From an uncultured Verrucomicrobiae bacterium (GTDB lineage Bacteria; Verrucomicrobiota; Verrucomicrobiia; Chthoniobacterales; Chthoniobacteraceae), in assembly GCA_963836755.1 (NCBI GenBank), contig CAWIKF010000002.1, forward strand, positions 1,280,001 to 1,344,000: a DNA stretch of 64,000 bases, read 5' to 3'. Numbering within the stretch: position 1 is the first letter of the stretch; every line of letters starts with the position of its first letter. The notes under the pieces are model-generated. The model was given only the letters and a program-made list of their open reading frames with translations, was not told where the DNA came from and did no database searches. The translations under genes and the position numbers were made by a program. Below, one piece after another: positions 7,677 to 18,562 of the stretch.

Positions 7677-9173
7677 ATGAGTAACATCAATCTACCTGTC
7701 GCCGAGCTGAAACCAGCTCTCATTGGTCTCGGCAAAATCATCGCGAAGCGAACCACTCTGCCTGTGCTCGGCATGATCAAACTGGAGCGCACCAAGGACG
7801 GCTGGATCACATTGACTGGCACCGATCTCGAAACATTTGTCTCCGTGCGACTGGAACAACCTGCCGAAGGTGAGCCGGTTTCGATTTTGGTGGCACACGA
7901 GGATCTAAACCGCATTACCAAACGCTGCCAGAAGGAAGAGACCATCTCAGTCGAGAAGGCAAAGGTTGACAAGGCCCTCGTGAAATACCCGATCGGAAGT
8001 CAAACCGCTGAGGAACATGTCGAATCACTCGCAACGGAGGAATATCCGCCGATGCCGAGAATTAAAAGCGAACCAGTGCCACTTAGCAACGACATCCGCT
8101 CCTCGCTGCTCGATGCCTTTGAGTGCGCGAGCATTGACTCGACACGCATCATCCTCAATGGCGCTTACATCGATGTGTCGAAACCATCCTGCCATCAAAT
8201 CGTCGGAACCGACGGCCGCCATCTGTTTGCCTCCAACTCGTTTCGCCTGCCATTGGCAGAATCCCTCATCATCCCAAGCCACAAGTTTTTGGGGTGGAAG
8301 GAATTCAATAGCGACGGCGAATGGCAACTGCGAGTCCAGAAACCTGAGAACAAAAACGATCGCGGCTTGTTGCAGATCAGCAGCCGGCGCTGGCGCTTCA
8401 TCATCCATCAGATCGAAGGGATGTATCCCAACTGGCGTCAGGTGATTCCATCTCCTGACCAGTTCAACACCACGGTCGAGTTCGAAGCAGCAGCGGCCAA
8501 AGACCTGGTGCAGACGATTAGTCAACTGCCTTCGACCGACAAAATCAATCATCGCCTCGGGATTGAAGTCATTGGCCGAAAAGTCAGCTTCATCGGCCGC
8601 ACCGATGAAAAGCCAGTAAAAGTTGAAGTGATGGAAGCCGTCGCAAAGGGCAAGGATGTCATCATCTACCTCAACCGTGACTTCCTCACCAAAGCATTGA
8701 GCTTCGGTCTCTGCAGGATGCAGATCATCGATGGTCTCTCGCCGGCACGCTTCTCAGATGATGCTGGCAGAGAAATGATCGTCATGCCAATTCGCCCTGA
8801 TGGTCCGGCACAGACACCTGTCACCGCATCAAAGACCTCGGCAACACCAGCTCCAGAGCCCAACGGAAAAGGCGAAGCCGCACCCGTTCACTCTGAAGCT
8901 TCCACCTCAACAGAAAGGAGCAACATGCCAAAAGCAACAGCAGCTACAAATGGCAACGGCCACACCAACGGTCACGCCGCCGAAACCAAAGCTTCGGTTG
9001 AAACTGCCTTGGAGAAAATCGAGACGATCAGAGGTTCGTACCGTGAAGCGATTCAAGGTTTGAACGCTTTGAGCGATATTCTCAAGCAAGTGCAGCGTGA
9101 CCAGAAGACGAGCCAGAGGGAGGTTCAATCGGTTCGCTCGACATTGGAAAAACTACAGACCGTGCGCATCTAG
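7677..9173 (+). CDS. DNA polymerase III beta sliding clamp homologue with C-terminal linker and coiled coil
   Basis: RTTLPVLG, LTGTDLE, EEYP, STR.ILNG, VGTDGRHL, IEGMYPNWRQVIP, LN..FL, IVMPIR; RBS GAAAGGAG. Confidence 0.85.
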   Translation: MSNINLPVAELKPALIGLGKIIAKRTTLPVLGMIKLERTKDGWITLTGTDLETFVSVRLEQPAEGEPVSILVAHEDLNRITKRCQKEETISVEKAKVDKALVKYPIGSQTAEEHVESLATEEYPPMPRIKSEPVPLSNDIRSSLLDAFECASIDSTRIILNGAYIDVSKPSCHQIVGTDGRHLFASNSFRLPLAESLIIPSHKFLGWKEFNSDGEWQLRVQKPENKNDRGLLQISSRRWRFIIHQIEGMYPNWRQVIPSPDQFNTTVEFEAAAAKDLVQTISQLPSTDKINHRLGIEVIGRKVSFIGRTDEKPVKVEVMEAVAKGKDVIIYLNRDFLTKALSFGLCRMQIIDGLSPARFSDDAGREMIVMPIRPDGPAQTPVTASKTSATPAPEPNGKGEAAPVHSEASTSTERSNMPKATAATNGNGHTNGHAAETKASVETALEKIETIRGSYREAIQGLNALSDILKQVQRDQKTSQREVQSVRSTLEKLQTVRI

Positions 9174-9177
9174 GATG

Positions 9178-9275
9178 ATGCAGTGCAGTGCAATCCTTAA
9201 GGATGATCGCACTACTGCACTAGATCATTGTCATCGGTGCAGAGGTGCAAACAGTGCAATTGCACCGTTGCACTA
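9178..9275. repeat. Cluster of GTGCA/TGCAC short repeats in both orientations
   Basis: About nine TGCA copies in ~95 bp, palindromes ATCCTTAAGGAT and GTGCAATTGCAC. Confidence 0.7.
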
Positions 9276-9490
9276 GAACTTCAATTTCAGGCGATGAATG
9301 GGACGCAATTCTTCGTCGCTTGAAGTCATCGCAATCCTAAATGGGACGTGGGTTGTGAATACCGGAGGGGTTGGAGCCGAGCGTTACGCAGTGCTCCAGC
9401 CCCTCTCAATCTTTTGTCAATGCCTGGCTGCAAAAGCAAAAGGCCAGGCTCGTTCTCAGCAAGTAAACAACAAACCGAAAGGAGCCAATT

Positions 9491-10276
9491 ATGGTTCAAT
9501 TACTCGATCAACCGGTGGTGCCACGCAAGCACCCCAATCTCATCCTCCACTGTGGAGCCAACAAAGTGGAGCGGCGCGACGTGGAGAAGGTGCCAACGCC
9601 AAGGGCAACCTCCACATGGACACCAATCCCACACACGCAGCTCATCGCGCGGGTGGAGAAAACACTCGCTGCCAATCATCTCACTATCGGCACCTTCGCC
9701 CACAGCCTCAGTCACGACGGCGCGCGCTACTTTGGTCTCATGGAGATCCAGAATGGCGACAGCAACGAAGACTACGCATGGGTGCTCGGCTTACGAAACT
9801 CACACGACAAAACATTCCCAGCCGGCCTTGTTGCTGGGTCCTCTGTGTTCGTTTGTGACAACTTGAGTTTCAGCGGTGAAGTCAAACTCAGCCGCAAACA
9901 CACGACCTACATCGTTCGCGATTTGCCACAGCTCGTGGAGCGTGGCATCGGCCGCATGCTGGAGAAGTGGCACGATCAGCATGTTCGCTTTGACGCATAT
10001 AAAACCAAGCGCATCAATGAAACCTCAGTGCATGATCTGATCATCCGCGCCACGGATGTTGGCGTGTGCTCGAATCGGCTCATTCCTTCGGTGCTTCATC
10101 AATGGCGTGAACCGCAGTATGAGCAATTCCAGGCGAGAAACGTTTGGTCGCTATTCAATGCTTTTACCGCTGCTCTCAAGGAGCAAAGCCTCGCTGAACT
10201 CCCAAAGAGAACGGAAGCATTGCATGGGCTGCTTGATACTCATGTGGGGCTGGCGAAGAAGTTCAGCACGAGCTGA
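9491..10276 (+). CDS. DUF932-family protein
   Basis: WTPIPH, LGLRNSHDK, VFVCDNL.F, RKHT, WSLFNAFT; RBS GAAAGGAG. Confidence 0.85.
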   Translation: MVQLLDQPVVPRKHPNLILHCGANKVERRDVEKVPTPRATSTWTPIPHTQLIARVEKTLAANHLTIGTFAHSLSHDGARYFGLMEIQNGDSNEDYAWVLGLRNSHDKTFPAGLVAGSSVFVCDNLSFSGEVKLSRKHTTYIVRDLPQLVERGIGRMLEKWHDQHVRFDAYKTKRINETSVHDLIIRATDVGVCSNRLIPSVLHQWREPQYEQFQARNVWSLFNAFTAALKEQSLAELPKRTEALHGLLDTHVGLAKKFSTS

Positions 10277-10293
10277 TTTTGATTCGAAGGGGA

Positions 10294-10322
10294 GAGTTCA
10301 GACTTCGTCTGGACTCTTTTCT
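10294..10322 (+). terminator. Intrinsic terminator
   Basis: AGAGTTCAGAC-TTC-GTCTGGACTCT followed by TTTCT. Confidence 0.65.
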
Positions 10323-10413
10323 TTAGCTAGGCGGTCTGGGTGATCATGAGTCGTTCATCGAGGATTAAGTTGACTCATCGAGATCTGCCGGGATAATGAG
10401 CGTTCCCTTCCCT

Positions 10414-10557
10414 TGCTGCTCGATGAAAATCACCGAAGACGTCCGCAAATACGCCGCCGAGCAAGGCCTCCCCGAAGATGAAGCTTTGCAAAAAGGACTC
10501 GCCGAAAAGTCTGCCGAGTTCGTGGAAAAAGGCGCGGAGGTTTACGCCAAGGCATAA
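10414..10557 (+). pseudogene. thiC: 3'-terminal fragment of thiC (phosphomethylpyrimidine synthase)
   Basis: [46 protein letters not shown] matches the ThiC C-terminus. Confidence 0.8.
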
Positions 10558-10588
10558 TTACAACAAAAACCTAATCACTCACTTCACA

Positions 10589-11731
10589 ATGGCTCATCGA
10601 GAAAAGCTATCACCCGCCGAGATTGAGAAACGTTATGACTCTGGGCAGAACCGTCTGACACAAGAGCGGAGCGACTTTCTGCTTCCTCAAATCATTGACT
10701 TTGTTCAGCAGAAAAAATGGCTCAATCTTAGGCCGGAATATCAGCGCCGACTGGTGTGGGATCGTAAAAAGAAGTCTTTATTCATCGAGTCCCTATTGAT
10801 GAACATCCCAGTGCCACCTGTATTTTTGTATGAGACCGATTTAAGTCGGTATGAGGTCATGGATGGACAGCAACGACTAAATACCATTTTGGAATTTTAT
10901 GGTAACCAACTGAAGTTAACTGGCCTCGACACTTGGTCGCCACTCAACGGGCTAACCTATTTAAAATGCCCACCTCGGATAAAGAGTGGGCTGGACCGAC
11001 GGCGCATTTCGGCAAATGTGCTTCTTGCAGAGAGCGCATCGACGCCCGCGGAGGTCAACTTCATCAGACGAACCGTTTTTGAACGCCTAAATACAGGCGG
11101 ACAGCAACTGAACGCTCAAGAACTTCGGAATTCCCTATACTCGGGACCCTTCAATGATCTGATCATTGAACTGGCTGGAAATCGCTTGTTTGATCAAATT
11201 TGGGAAATCCCGCCCTATGAAGATCATTATCGAAAAGAGGAAGGCTATATAAGCCCCGAACTCGCTGAGAATAAGCTGTTCAAACGGATGACTGATTGCG
11301 AAATCGTCCTCCGCTTTTTTACATTTCGAAATAGTTCTTCGATCAAGGGATCGGTTAGGTCAATGCTGGATAGCTGCATGGATGAGAAACGTGAAGCTGA
11401 CAAGTCGCAGATCGACGAATTGAGAACAGCTTTCACGGAAAGCCTTGAGACGGCGCACAAAATCTTCGGCGCACGCACATTTCAAGTTCGTGACCCGAAG
11501 GGTAGCTGGAAGCTTTCCCAGCCACTGTTTGACGCAGTAATGGTCGCTACAAACATTCTAATAGCGAAAAAGGACAGCTTGATTCTGAATCGCAGTAAGC
11601 TCTCGAAAGATTTGCATGATGTCCTCGCTGTGCCCGAGACCTATGACATTGTGGTGGGTAAGCCCAATACGGCTATTGCAATCCGTCAGCGGCTTTCAAT
11701 CGTTGGTGATATTTTCAAAAAGCATTCTTAA
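10589..11731 (+). CDS. DUF262 (ParB-like/GmrS-type) protein
   Basis: RPEYQRRLVW, SLFIESLLMNIPVP, VMDGQQRL, FERLNTGG..L..QELRN. Confidence 0.9.
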   Translation: MAHREKLSPAEIEKRYDSGQNRLTQERSDFLLPQIIDFVQQKKWLNLRPEYQRRLVWDRKKKSLFIESLLMNIPVPPVFLYETDLSRYEVMDGQQRLNTILEFYGNQLKLTGLDTWSPLNGLTYLKCPPRIKSGLDRRRISANVLLAESASTPAEVNFIRRTVFERLNTGGQQLNAQELRNSLYSGPFNDLIIELAGNRLFDQIWEIPPYEDHYRKEEGYISPELAENKLFKRMTDCEIVLRFFTFRNSSSIKGSVRSMLDSCMDEKREADKSQIDELRTAFTESLETAHKIFGARTFQVRDPKGSWKLSQPLFDAVMVATNILIAKKDSLILNRSKLSKDLHDVLAVPETYDIVVGKPNTAIAIRQRLSIVGDIFKKHS

Positions 11732-12513
11732 TGGCTGCAGCGTTTGCAGACGCTGGGCTTAAAGAGTTTGGCTTGGCTTTAGACGAACTGGCTGAGGACC
11801 TAGAGTTCTTGCGTTTGTCTTCGAGGCTTCGCCCACGCTTGGGAGCCTTGCTAAATTGGCAGGCTGTCGATGGCGATGCAGCCCAACTCGCAAAGGGTTT
11901 CATGAACCTCAAAACGGTAGAGCTTTCTCCGCTTTACCGAGGAATGATCGCAGTTCTTTCCGGAACCTTCGAGCAATTGGTTAGGCGGGTGGTTCAAGAA
12001 GCGGTGCTACAGATCAACAATGATGTAGATGTCTTCGATAAACTGCCGGACGGGATCAAAGTTCATAATTTATTCTTCAGTGGTCGCGCACTTTGTGCAG
12101 TTCGCGAACCTCCTGATCACGTAACGATCGATCATTACTTGCTCGTCCGTTCGTTGGCAACTTGCACACCCGGAGCGCAGAAATTCGTATTAAACGCCGA
12201 TGCTTTCGCCATGTTCATCACCAATCTTACTCCCTCACACCTTGGGGACATCTGTCACTCGATTGGTGTTTCGTTGAATTGGGACTACTTTGGAAAAGTA
12301 AACGCTTTTGAAAAACTGTTCGGATCGAAGGGAGCACGCTCATTGGGGAAGATGGTTTCCGATCGACTTGCGGATATAGTCAAATTGAGAAATCGCATAG
12401 CTCATACCGGCGCCGGCGGGGTTACGGTATCGGAGGAGGACGTCGCGTCACATATCGCGTTCCTAAGAATCCTTGGGCTAAGCTTTTCCGCTTTTATCGA
12501 GGCCGAACTCTAG
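11731..12513 (+). CDS. HEPN-domain protein (RiboL-PSP/MAE_28990-like)
   Basis: L.G.FE and LRNRIAH (Rx4H) motifs; TAATG coupling to DUF262. Confidence 0.8.
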   Translation: MAAAFADAGLKEFGLALDELAEDLEFLRLSSRLRPRLGALLNWQAVDGDAAQLAKGFMNLKTVELSPLYRGMIAVLSGTFEQLVRRVVQEAVLQINNDVDVFDKLPDGIKVHNLFFSGRALCAVREPPDHVTIDHYLLVRSLATCTPGAQKFVLNADAFAMFITNLTPSHLGDICHSIGVSLNWDYFGKVNAFEKLFGSKGARSLGKMVSDRLADIVKLRNRIAHTGAGGVTVSEEDVASHIAFLRILGLSFSAFIEAEL

Positions 12514-12516
12514 CAC

Positions 12517-12621
12517 GTGAACACCCCATTCATCCACCCCGCCGTCCGCATCGGGCATGTGCATTTGAAGGTGGCGGATTTGGAGTTGGCGATTAGGTTT
12601 TATCGGGATCCTGAACCATAA
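12517..12621 (+). pseudogene. N-terminal fragment of a VOC/catechol dioxygenase-like gene
   Basis: IHPAVRIGHVHLKVADLELAIRFYRD then premature stop. Confidence 0.7.
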
Positions 12622-12655
12622 CGCTAGCCCTACTTCTGGATTTCCGCAGCCGCTC

Positions 12656-15600
12656 ATGCCTTCCCCAAAACAAACGATCCACACCATTCTCGACCAATTT
12701 CGCGAGGAAACCACCTCCAATCGCGAACTTGGTGACCGTTTCGAGCGTCTGATCTGCCGCTACCTCGAACTCGACCCGATGTATGTAGATCGCTTCTCCA
12801 GCGTATGGATGTGGAATGAGTTCCCAAAAAAAGGAAACGTCGGAGATGTGGGCATAGATATCGTGGCGGAGGAACGCGCGACCGGAGAATACTGTGCCAT
12901 CCAGTGCAAGTTCTACTGCCTGATCACACGCTCTCGAAGGGCGAATTGGATTCCTACTTCACTGCATTGGGAAATCCCCTGTTCACCAATGGCATGATTG
13001 TCTCCACGACGGATCAATGGGGATCGAATGCGGAGCACGCGGCGGCTCATCAAACAAAACAAGTTTCTCGGCTGCGCGTCCAAGACCTCGACGAAAGTCC
13101 GGTGGACTGGGCGAAGTTCGATCTCAAGCGCCCGACAGACCTCGGTCTCCGCGCCCGTAAAAAGCCAAGGCCACATCAAGACGAAGCGATTAAGGATGTG
13201 CTCGCGGGCCTTGTCATTGCCGACCGTGGCAAACTCATTATGGCTTGCGGCACGGGCAAGACGTTCACGTCACTTTGCATCGCGAAAAACTCGCGCCGAA
13301 AGGCCATATCCTTTTTCTCGTGCCGTCGCTCTCCCTGCTGTCACAGAGCTTGCGCGAATGGACTGCGGAATCCACTCGCCCGCTCCACAGCCTTGCCGTG
13401 TGCTCAGATGCGAATATTGGCAAGAAACATACAAAGACCGATGACGATAGCGCGGACATCACCACGATAGACCTGGCGTTTCCTGCTACGACCTCCGCAA
13501 AGCAGATCGTCCGTCAGTATGAGGCAGTGCAGAGCATGGCGGAGAAAAAGAAGACCCCTCCCCAGATGACAGCGGTCTTCTCCACCTATCAATCTATCGC
13601 CGCTGTTTCCGAGGCCCAAAAGGCAGGGCTACCGGACTTCGATCTCATCATCTGCGACGAAGCGCACCGCACCACGGGCGTCACGATTAGCGGCGAGGAC
13701 GAGAGCCATTTCGTGAAAGTCCACGATGCCGCCTATATTCGTGGAAAGAAGCGTCTCTACATGACGGCCACGCCGCGCATCTATGGCGATCAAGCCAAAT
13801 TGAAGGCGCAGGAAGCGGATGCCAAACTCTGCGACATGGACGATGAGGCGATGTTTGGCCAGCAACTCCACCGTCTCGGCTTCGGCGAAGCCGTCGGTAA
13901 AGAACTGCTTTCCGACTACAAGGTGCTCGTCCTCGCCGTGGACTCGGGCTACGTCTCCAAGGCGTTCCTCACCGGCGCGACGAAAGAGATACCGCTTGAG
14001 GATGCCGCCAAGATTACCGGTTGCTGGAATGGCCTCGCCAAACATCTCGACAAAGCGGCCTCTGCCGAGGGTGGCGACACCGCTGTAGATTTGCATGGCG
14101 ATAACGCGCCCATGCGCCGTGCTGTAGCCTTTTCCCGCTCCATTAAAGACTCGAAAGCCTTCACACAGCAATTTGCCCAGATCATCGACGCCTATCGCGC
14201 CTTGCACCCGGAAAAAGATAACATCCTCCGTTGTGAGCTGGATCATGTGGACGGCACCTTTGGTGCGCTCGCACGCAATGCCCGTCTGGACTGGCTCAAA
14301 GCCGACGCCGGGGAGAATACTTGTCGTATCCTTTCAAATGCCCGCTGCCTTTCTGAAGGTGTAGATGTTCCCGCGCTGGATGCGGTGCTCTTCCTCAATC
14401 CACGTAACTCTGTCATTGATGTCGTCCAGTCCGTTGGGCGCGTCATGCGTCGGGCCGAGGGAAAAAAATACGGTTACATCCTTCTTCCTATTGTTATCCC
14501 GCCGGATGTTACGCCTGAAGAGGCGCTGAAGGACAACGAACGCTACAAAGTCGTTTGGCAAGTCCTCCAAGCACTCCGCGCCCATGACGACCGCTTCAAT
14601 GCCACCGTCAACCAGATCGAGCTAAATAAAAAACGGCCCGCCAACATCCAGGTCATCGGCGTCGGCGACCCGCTGCCGAGCCTCGAAACCCACGGCGACA
14701 GCAAACCCAAAACACAGGAGACGCAGGGCACTTTTGTCTTTCCCCACTTGGAAGATTGGAAAGATGCCATCTATGCCAAGATCGTTCTTAAATGCGGAGA
14801 TCGCCGTTATTGGGAAAGCTGGGCCAAGGATGTCGCTATCATCGCCGAGCGCCACGCCACCCGCATACGGGCATTGCTCGAAAGCGGCGAGCCTCGCCAC
14901 AAATCCGCCTTTGCCGATTTCCTCGCGGGTCTTCGCCAAAATCTCAATCCTAGCATCTCTTCCGATGACGCCATTGAAATGCTTTCCCAGCACCTGATCA
15001 CGCGCCCGGTCTTCGACGCGCTTTTTGCGAACTACGAATTTACAAAGCACAACCCCGTCTCCCTGGCCATGCAGACCATGCTTGATACCTTGCATGATCA
15101 AGACTTGGAGACGGAGGTCGGGAAGCTGGAGAAATTCTATGACAGCGTCCGCGCCCGTGCTTCAAAGATAGATAACGCCGAGGCCAGACAGCGCATCGTC
15201 ATAGAACTCTATGACAAGTTCTTTAGCACCGCTTTCCCAAAAGTGAAGGAGCGCCTCGGCATCGTCTATACCCCGGTCGAGGTCGTGGACTTCATCATCC
15301 ACAGCGTCAGCGACGCCCTCCAGAGCGAGTTCGGTTCTGCGCTCGGGGACAAGGATGTCCACATCATAGACCCCTTCACCGGCACCGGCACCTTCATCGT
15401 CCGCCTTCTGCAAAGCGGCCTCATCCCCGCCGCCGACCTCCTGCGCAAATACCAGCACGAGCTGCACGCCAACGAAATCATCCTCCTCGCCTACTACATC
15501 GCCGCTATCAATATCGAGGAGACCTTCCACGGCCTCATGCGCGAGCGCGCTGCGAAGTATCCCGGCAAAAAGCCTGCCGACGCCACCAAGGCGGACAGCT

Positions 15601-17582
15601 ACATCCCCTTCGAGGGCATCGTCCTCACCGACACCTTCCAGCTCTCGGAGACAAAGGGAGAGATGGAGGAAAAAATGTTCCCCGAGAACAACCGCCGCGT
15701 GAAGCGCCAACGGCAAAGCCCCATCCGTGTCGTCACCGGCAACCCGCCCTACTCAGCCCAGCAAGAAAGCGAGAGCGACAACAACAAGAATCTTGCCTAC
15801 CCGAGCTTGGACGCTCGCATTGCCGCGACCTACGCCGAACGCTCCAATTCCAAACTGGCGAAGAACAACTACGACTCCTATATTCGCGCTCTCCGTTGGG
15901 CCAGCGACCGCATCGAGGCAAAAGGCATCGTCGCCTTCGTAACGAGTAGTTCCTTCATCTCGAAGAACAACATGGACGGCATCCGTGCCAGCTTGGTTGA
16001 TGAGTTCAGCGCCATTTACATCTTCAATCTTCGAGGTGACGCGCGGACGCAGGGCGAACAGCGACGCATGGAAAAGGGTAACGTGTTTGGCGGAGGGAGC
16101 CGCTCTGGGATCGCCATATCGCTCCTCATCAAGAACCCCGAGAAGGTAGGGAAATGCGAACTCTACTACCACGACATCGGCGACTATCTCAGCCAAGAGG
16201 AGAAGCTCGCTCTCATCCGCAACACCCAAAGCGTCAACGGTATTCACCGAGAGAAAAAGTGGTTGCGCATCCAGCCCAACGCGAGCCATGACTGGCTCAA
16301 TCAGCGAGACCCGATTTTCAGCACATTCTTACCGCTTGGCGATAAAGACGATAAAAGCACGAAAACCGTGTTTTCTACTTACTCGCTCGGTGTAGTGACC
16401 AACCGCGACACTTGGGCCTACAACACGTCGCGGGCAGCGGTTGAAGCAAACATCCAACGACTGATAGAAGCCTACAACTCAGAGCGTGCGCGTTACCGTG
16501 ATGCTTGCATCGGCAAAGGCAAAGACGAGATACCAGAAATCGAGAGCATCATCGATTCGGATCTAAAACGTATTAGCTGGACCAGGGCGCTTAAGGCGGA
16601 CGCCAAGCGCGGTAAACCCTTGGAGTTTGAAAGCCAATCGCTCACCACGAGCATGTATCGCCCGTTCGTGAAGCAATGGCTTTATTTCAACCGCCGCCTC
16701 AATGAGATGGTTTACCAGATGCCGAAACTCTTCCCCTCTGCGGCACACAGCAATATCGTCTTATCCGCGATGGGAAGCGGCGCAACGAAGGACTTCTCGG
16801 TTCTCGCGACGAGCACCTTGCCCGACCTCGAAATGATTGCGAAAGGCCAGTGCTTCTCACTTTACGTCTATGAGAAGGACGCGCCGCAAGAGGGTGAACT
16901 TATCGGCAAGCAGCAGGAGGGCGAGCTGGTGGACGGCTACCGGCGGAGGAGCGCCATCACGGATGCGATCCTCGCGGATTTCCGCAAGGCGTATGAGGCG
17001 AAGGTCACGAAGGAGGACATCTTTTACTACGTGTATGGCGTGCTGCATTCGCCGGAGTATCGGGCGCGCTTTGCCAGCGACCTGAAGAAGATGCTGCCGC
17101 GCATCCCCTACACCCGGGAGGTGGCGGACTTCTGGAAGTTCAGCAAGTCAGGCCGCGACCTCGCCGAGTGGCATTTGAATTACGAAACCGTCGAGCCGTG
17201 GCCGATCCAGGAACATTCCAACTCTTTGTCACTCGACCCCGCAAAAGACTACCTCGTGCAGCCGAAGATGAACTTTGGCCGCAAGGACAAGCAGGTGGAC
17301 AAGACGGCCATCATCTACAACAACCGCCTCACCCTCACCGGCATCCCGCTTTCCGCCTACGACTACGTGGTGAACGGCAAGCCCGCCATCGAGTGGATCA
17401 TGGAGCGTTACCAAGTGACCGTGGACAAGGACAGCGGCATCCGCAACGACCCGAACGATTGGGCGCGCGAACACCAACAGCCGCGCTACATCGTCGATTT
17501 ACTTAAGCGGTTGGTGCGGGTGAGCATGGAGACGATGAAGATCGTGAATGACTTGCCAGCGATCAACGAGCGAATTAAATGA
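12656..17582 (+). CDS. Type ISP (LlaGI/LlaBIII-like) restriction-modification enzyme, two frameshifts near 12917 and 13285
   Basis: Mrr-like DVGID..AIQCKFY; MACGTGKT, DEAH, QSVGRVMR; DPFTGTG, NPPY; C-terminal TRD with YRPF, NDPNDW. Confidence 0.9.
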
Positions 17583-17720
17583 GTAAAGGTTATCTTCCCA
17601 GTAAGCGCAATGGTTGGAGCGGCGGCGTGTGCCAATTTCAATCGCGCCTCCAGAATCTGCCCCTCCGCCAGTCCATCCTCCAAAAAGCCTTCGGCAGCGC
17701 CTAAGAATTCCGGAAATCTA

Positions 17721-18152
17721 ATGAAATCAACTCCAGCAACTCACGCACTTGAAAAACTTGCCCGTTCCTACAGCGAGCGACATCTGGCTGTGAACGCAGA
17801 GTATCAACGGGGAGCCGCTTGGAACGTCCGCCAGCAAAGAGCTCTTATAGATTCGATTCTTCGTGGATTTGTTTTACCGATCTTCTATGTCCACGTAGTC
17901 AAAACGCCAAACCTTTTCACTGGTTTCGAAACGGTAACCGCTTGGCTTGTAGATGGTCAACAGCGGCTAAACGCAATCACTGAGTATATGCGTGGACGCT
18001 TCGCCCTAAATGATCCCAGTCTTGGAACGACAGGTTTAGCAATGGCCTACGAGCGGCTAAATCCGCCCCGATGGGCGGGCAAGCGTTTCGAGGACCTTGA
18101 AGAGTTGACATTATTGTTGTTCCTGAAAATGACCGACAGCCAGGGTGTGTAA
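17721..18152 (+). pseudogene. Truncated second DUF262 gene
   Basis: AEYQRGAAW, LIDSILRG, LVDGQQRL, GKRFEDL, then family similarity appears to end near 18105. Confidence 0.75.
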
Positions 18153-18180
18153 AACTTTTTCTACCCTGACATCGTAAGTT

Positions 18181-18521
18181 ATGTGGCTCGCAACCAAACA
18201 CTGCTTTTACTCCATCGCCCATAAGCAAGCACCTGACGACGGAAAGCCAGCAGTTTACCATGTTCGTGCTCGTGTTCGCGGAGATTTGGAGAATCTGCTT
18301 AAAGCCACAGGGATGCTCCAAGAGATCCAGGAATGGCCGAAAGCTGATTACCGCTATCGGATTATCGTGAGCCAGCAGGAGGCGTTTGAGATCATGAACC
18401 ACCTAGCTGAGAGTTTGGATTACTCCAATTTCAAATCCAAATCGCCGCCACGGACGATCAAGGTGGGAAGCTCCACGCTTACCACGAAATCTGGGTAATG
18501 GATAAACTGCAAATGCGGTGA
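18181..18521 (+). CDS. Hypothetical mobile-element protein, frameshift near 18438
   Basis: MW..K..FYSI...VRAR...DL...DYRYR...DYSNFK; continues IAATDDQ..HAYHEIW in another frame. Confidence 0.6.
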
Positions 18522-18562
18522 AGGACAACCAACAACCCGAATTATTAACAACCTATTTGAGT

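Noticed and set aside
7677..9173. Chromosomal dnaN / oriC region
   Set aside because: No dnaA, recF or gyrB; divergent sequence with extra tail in a mobile context
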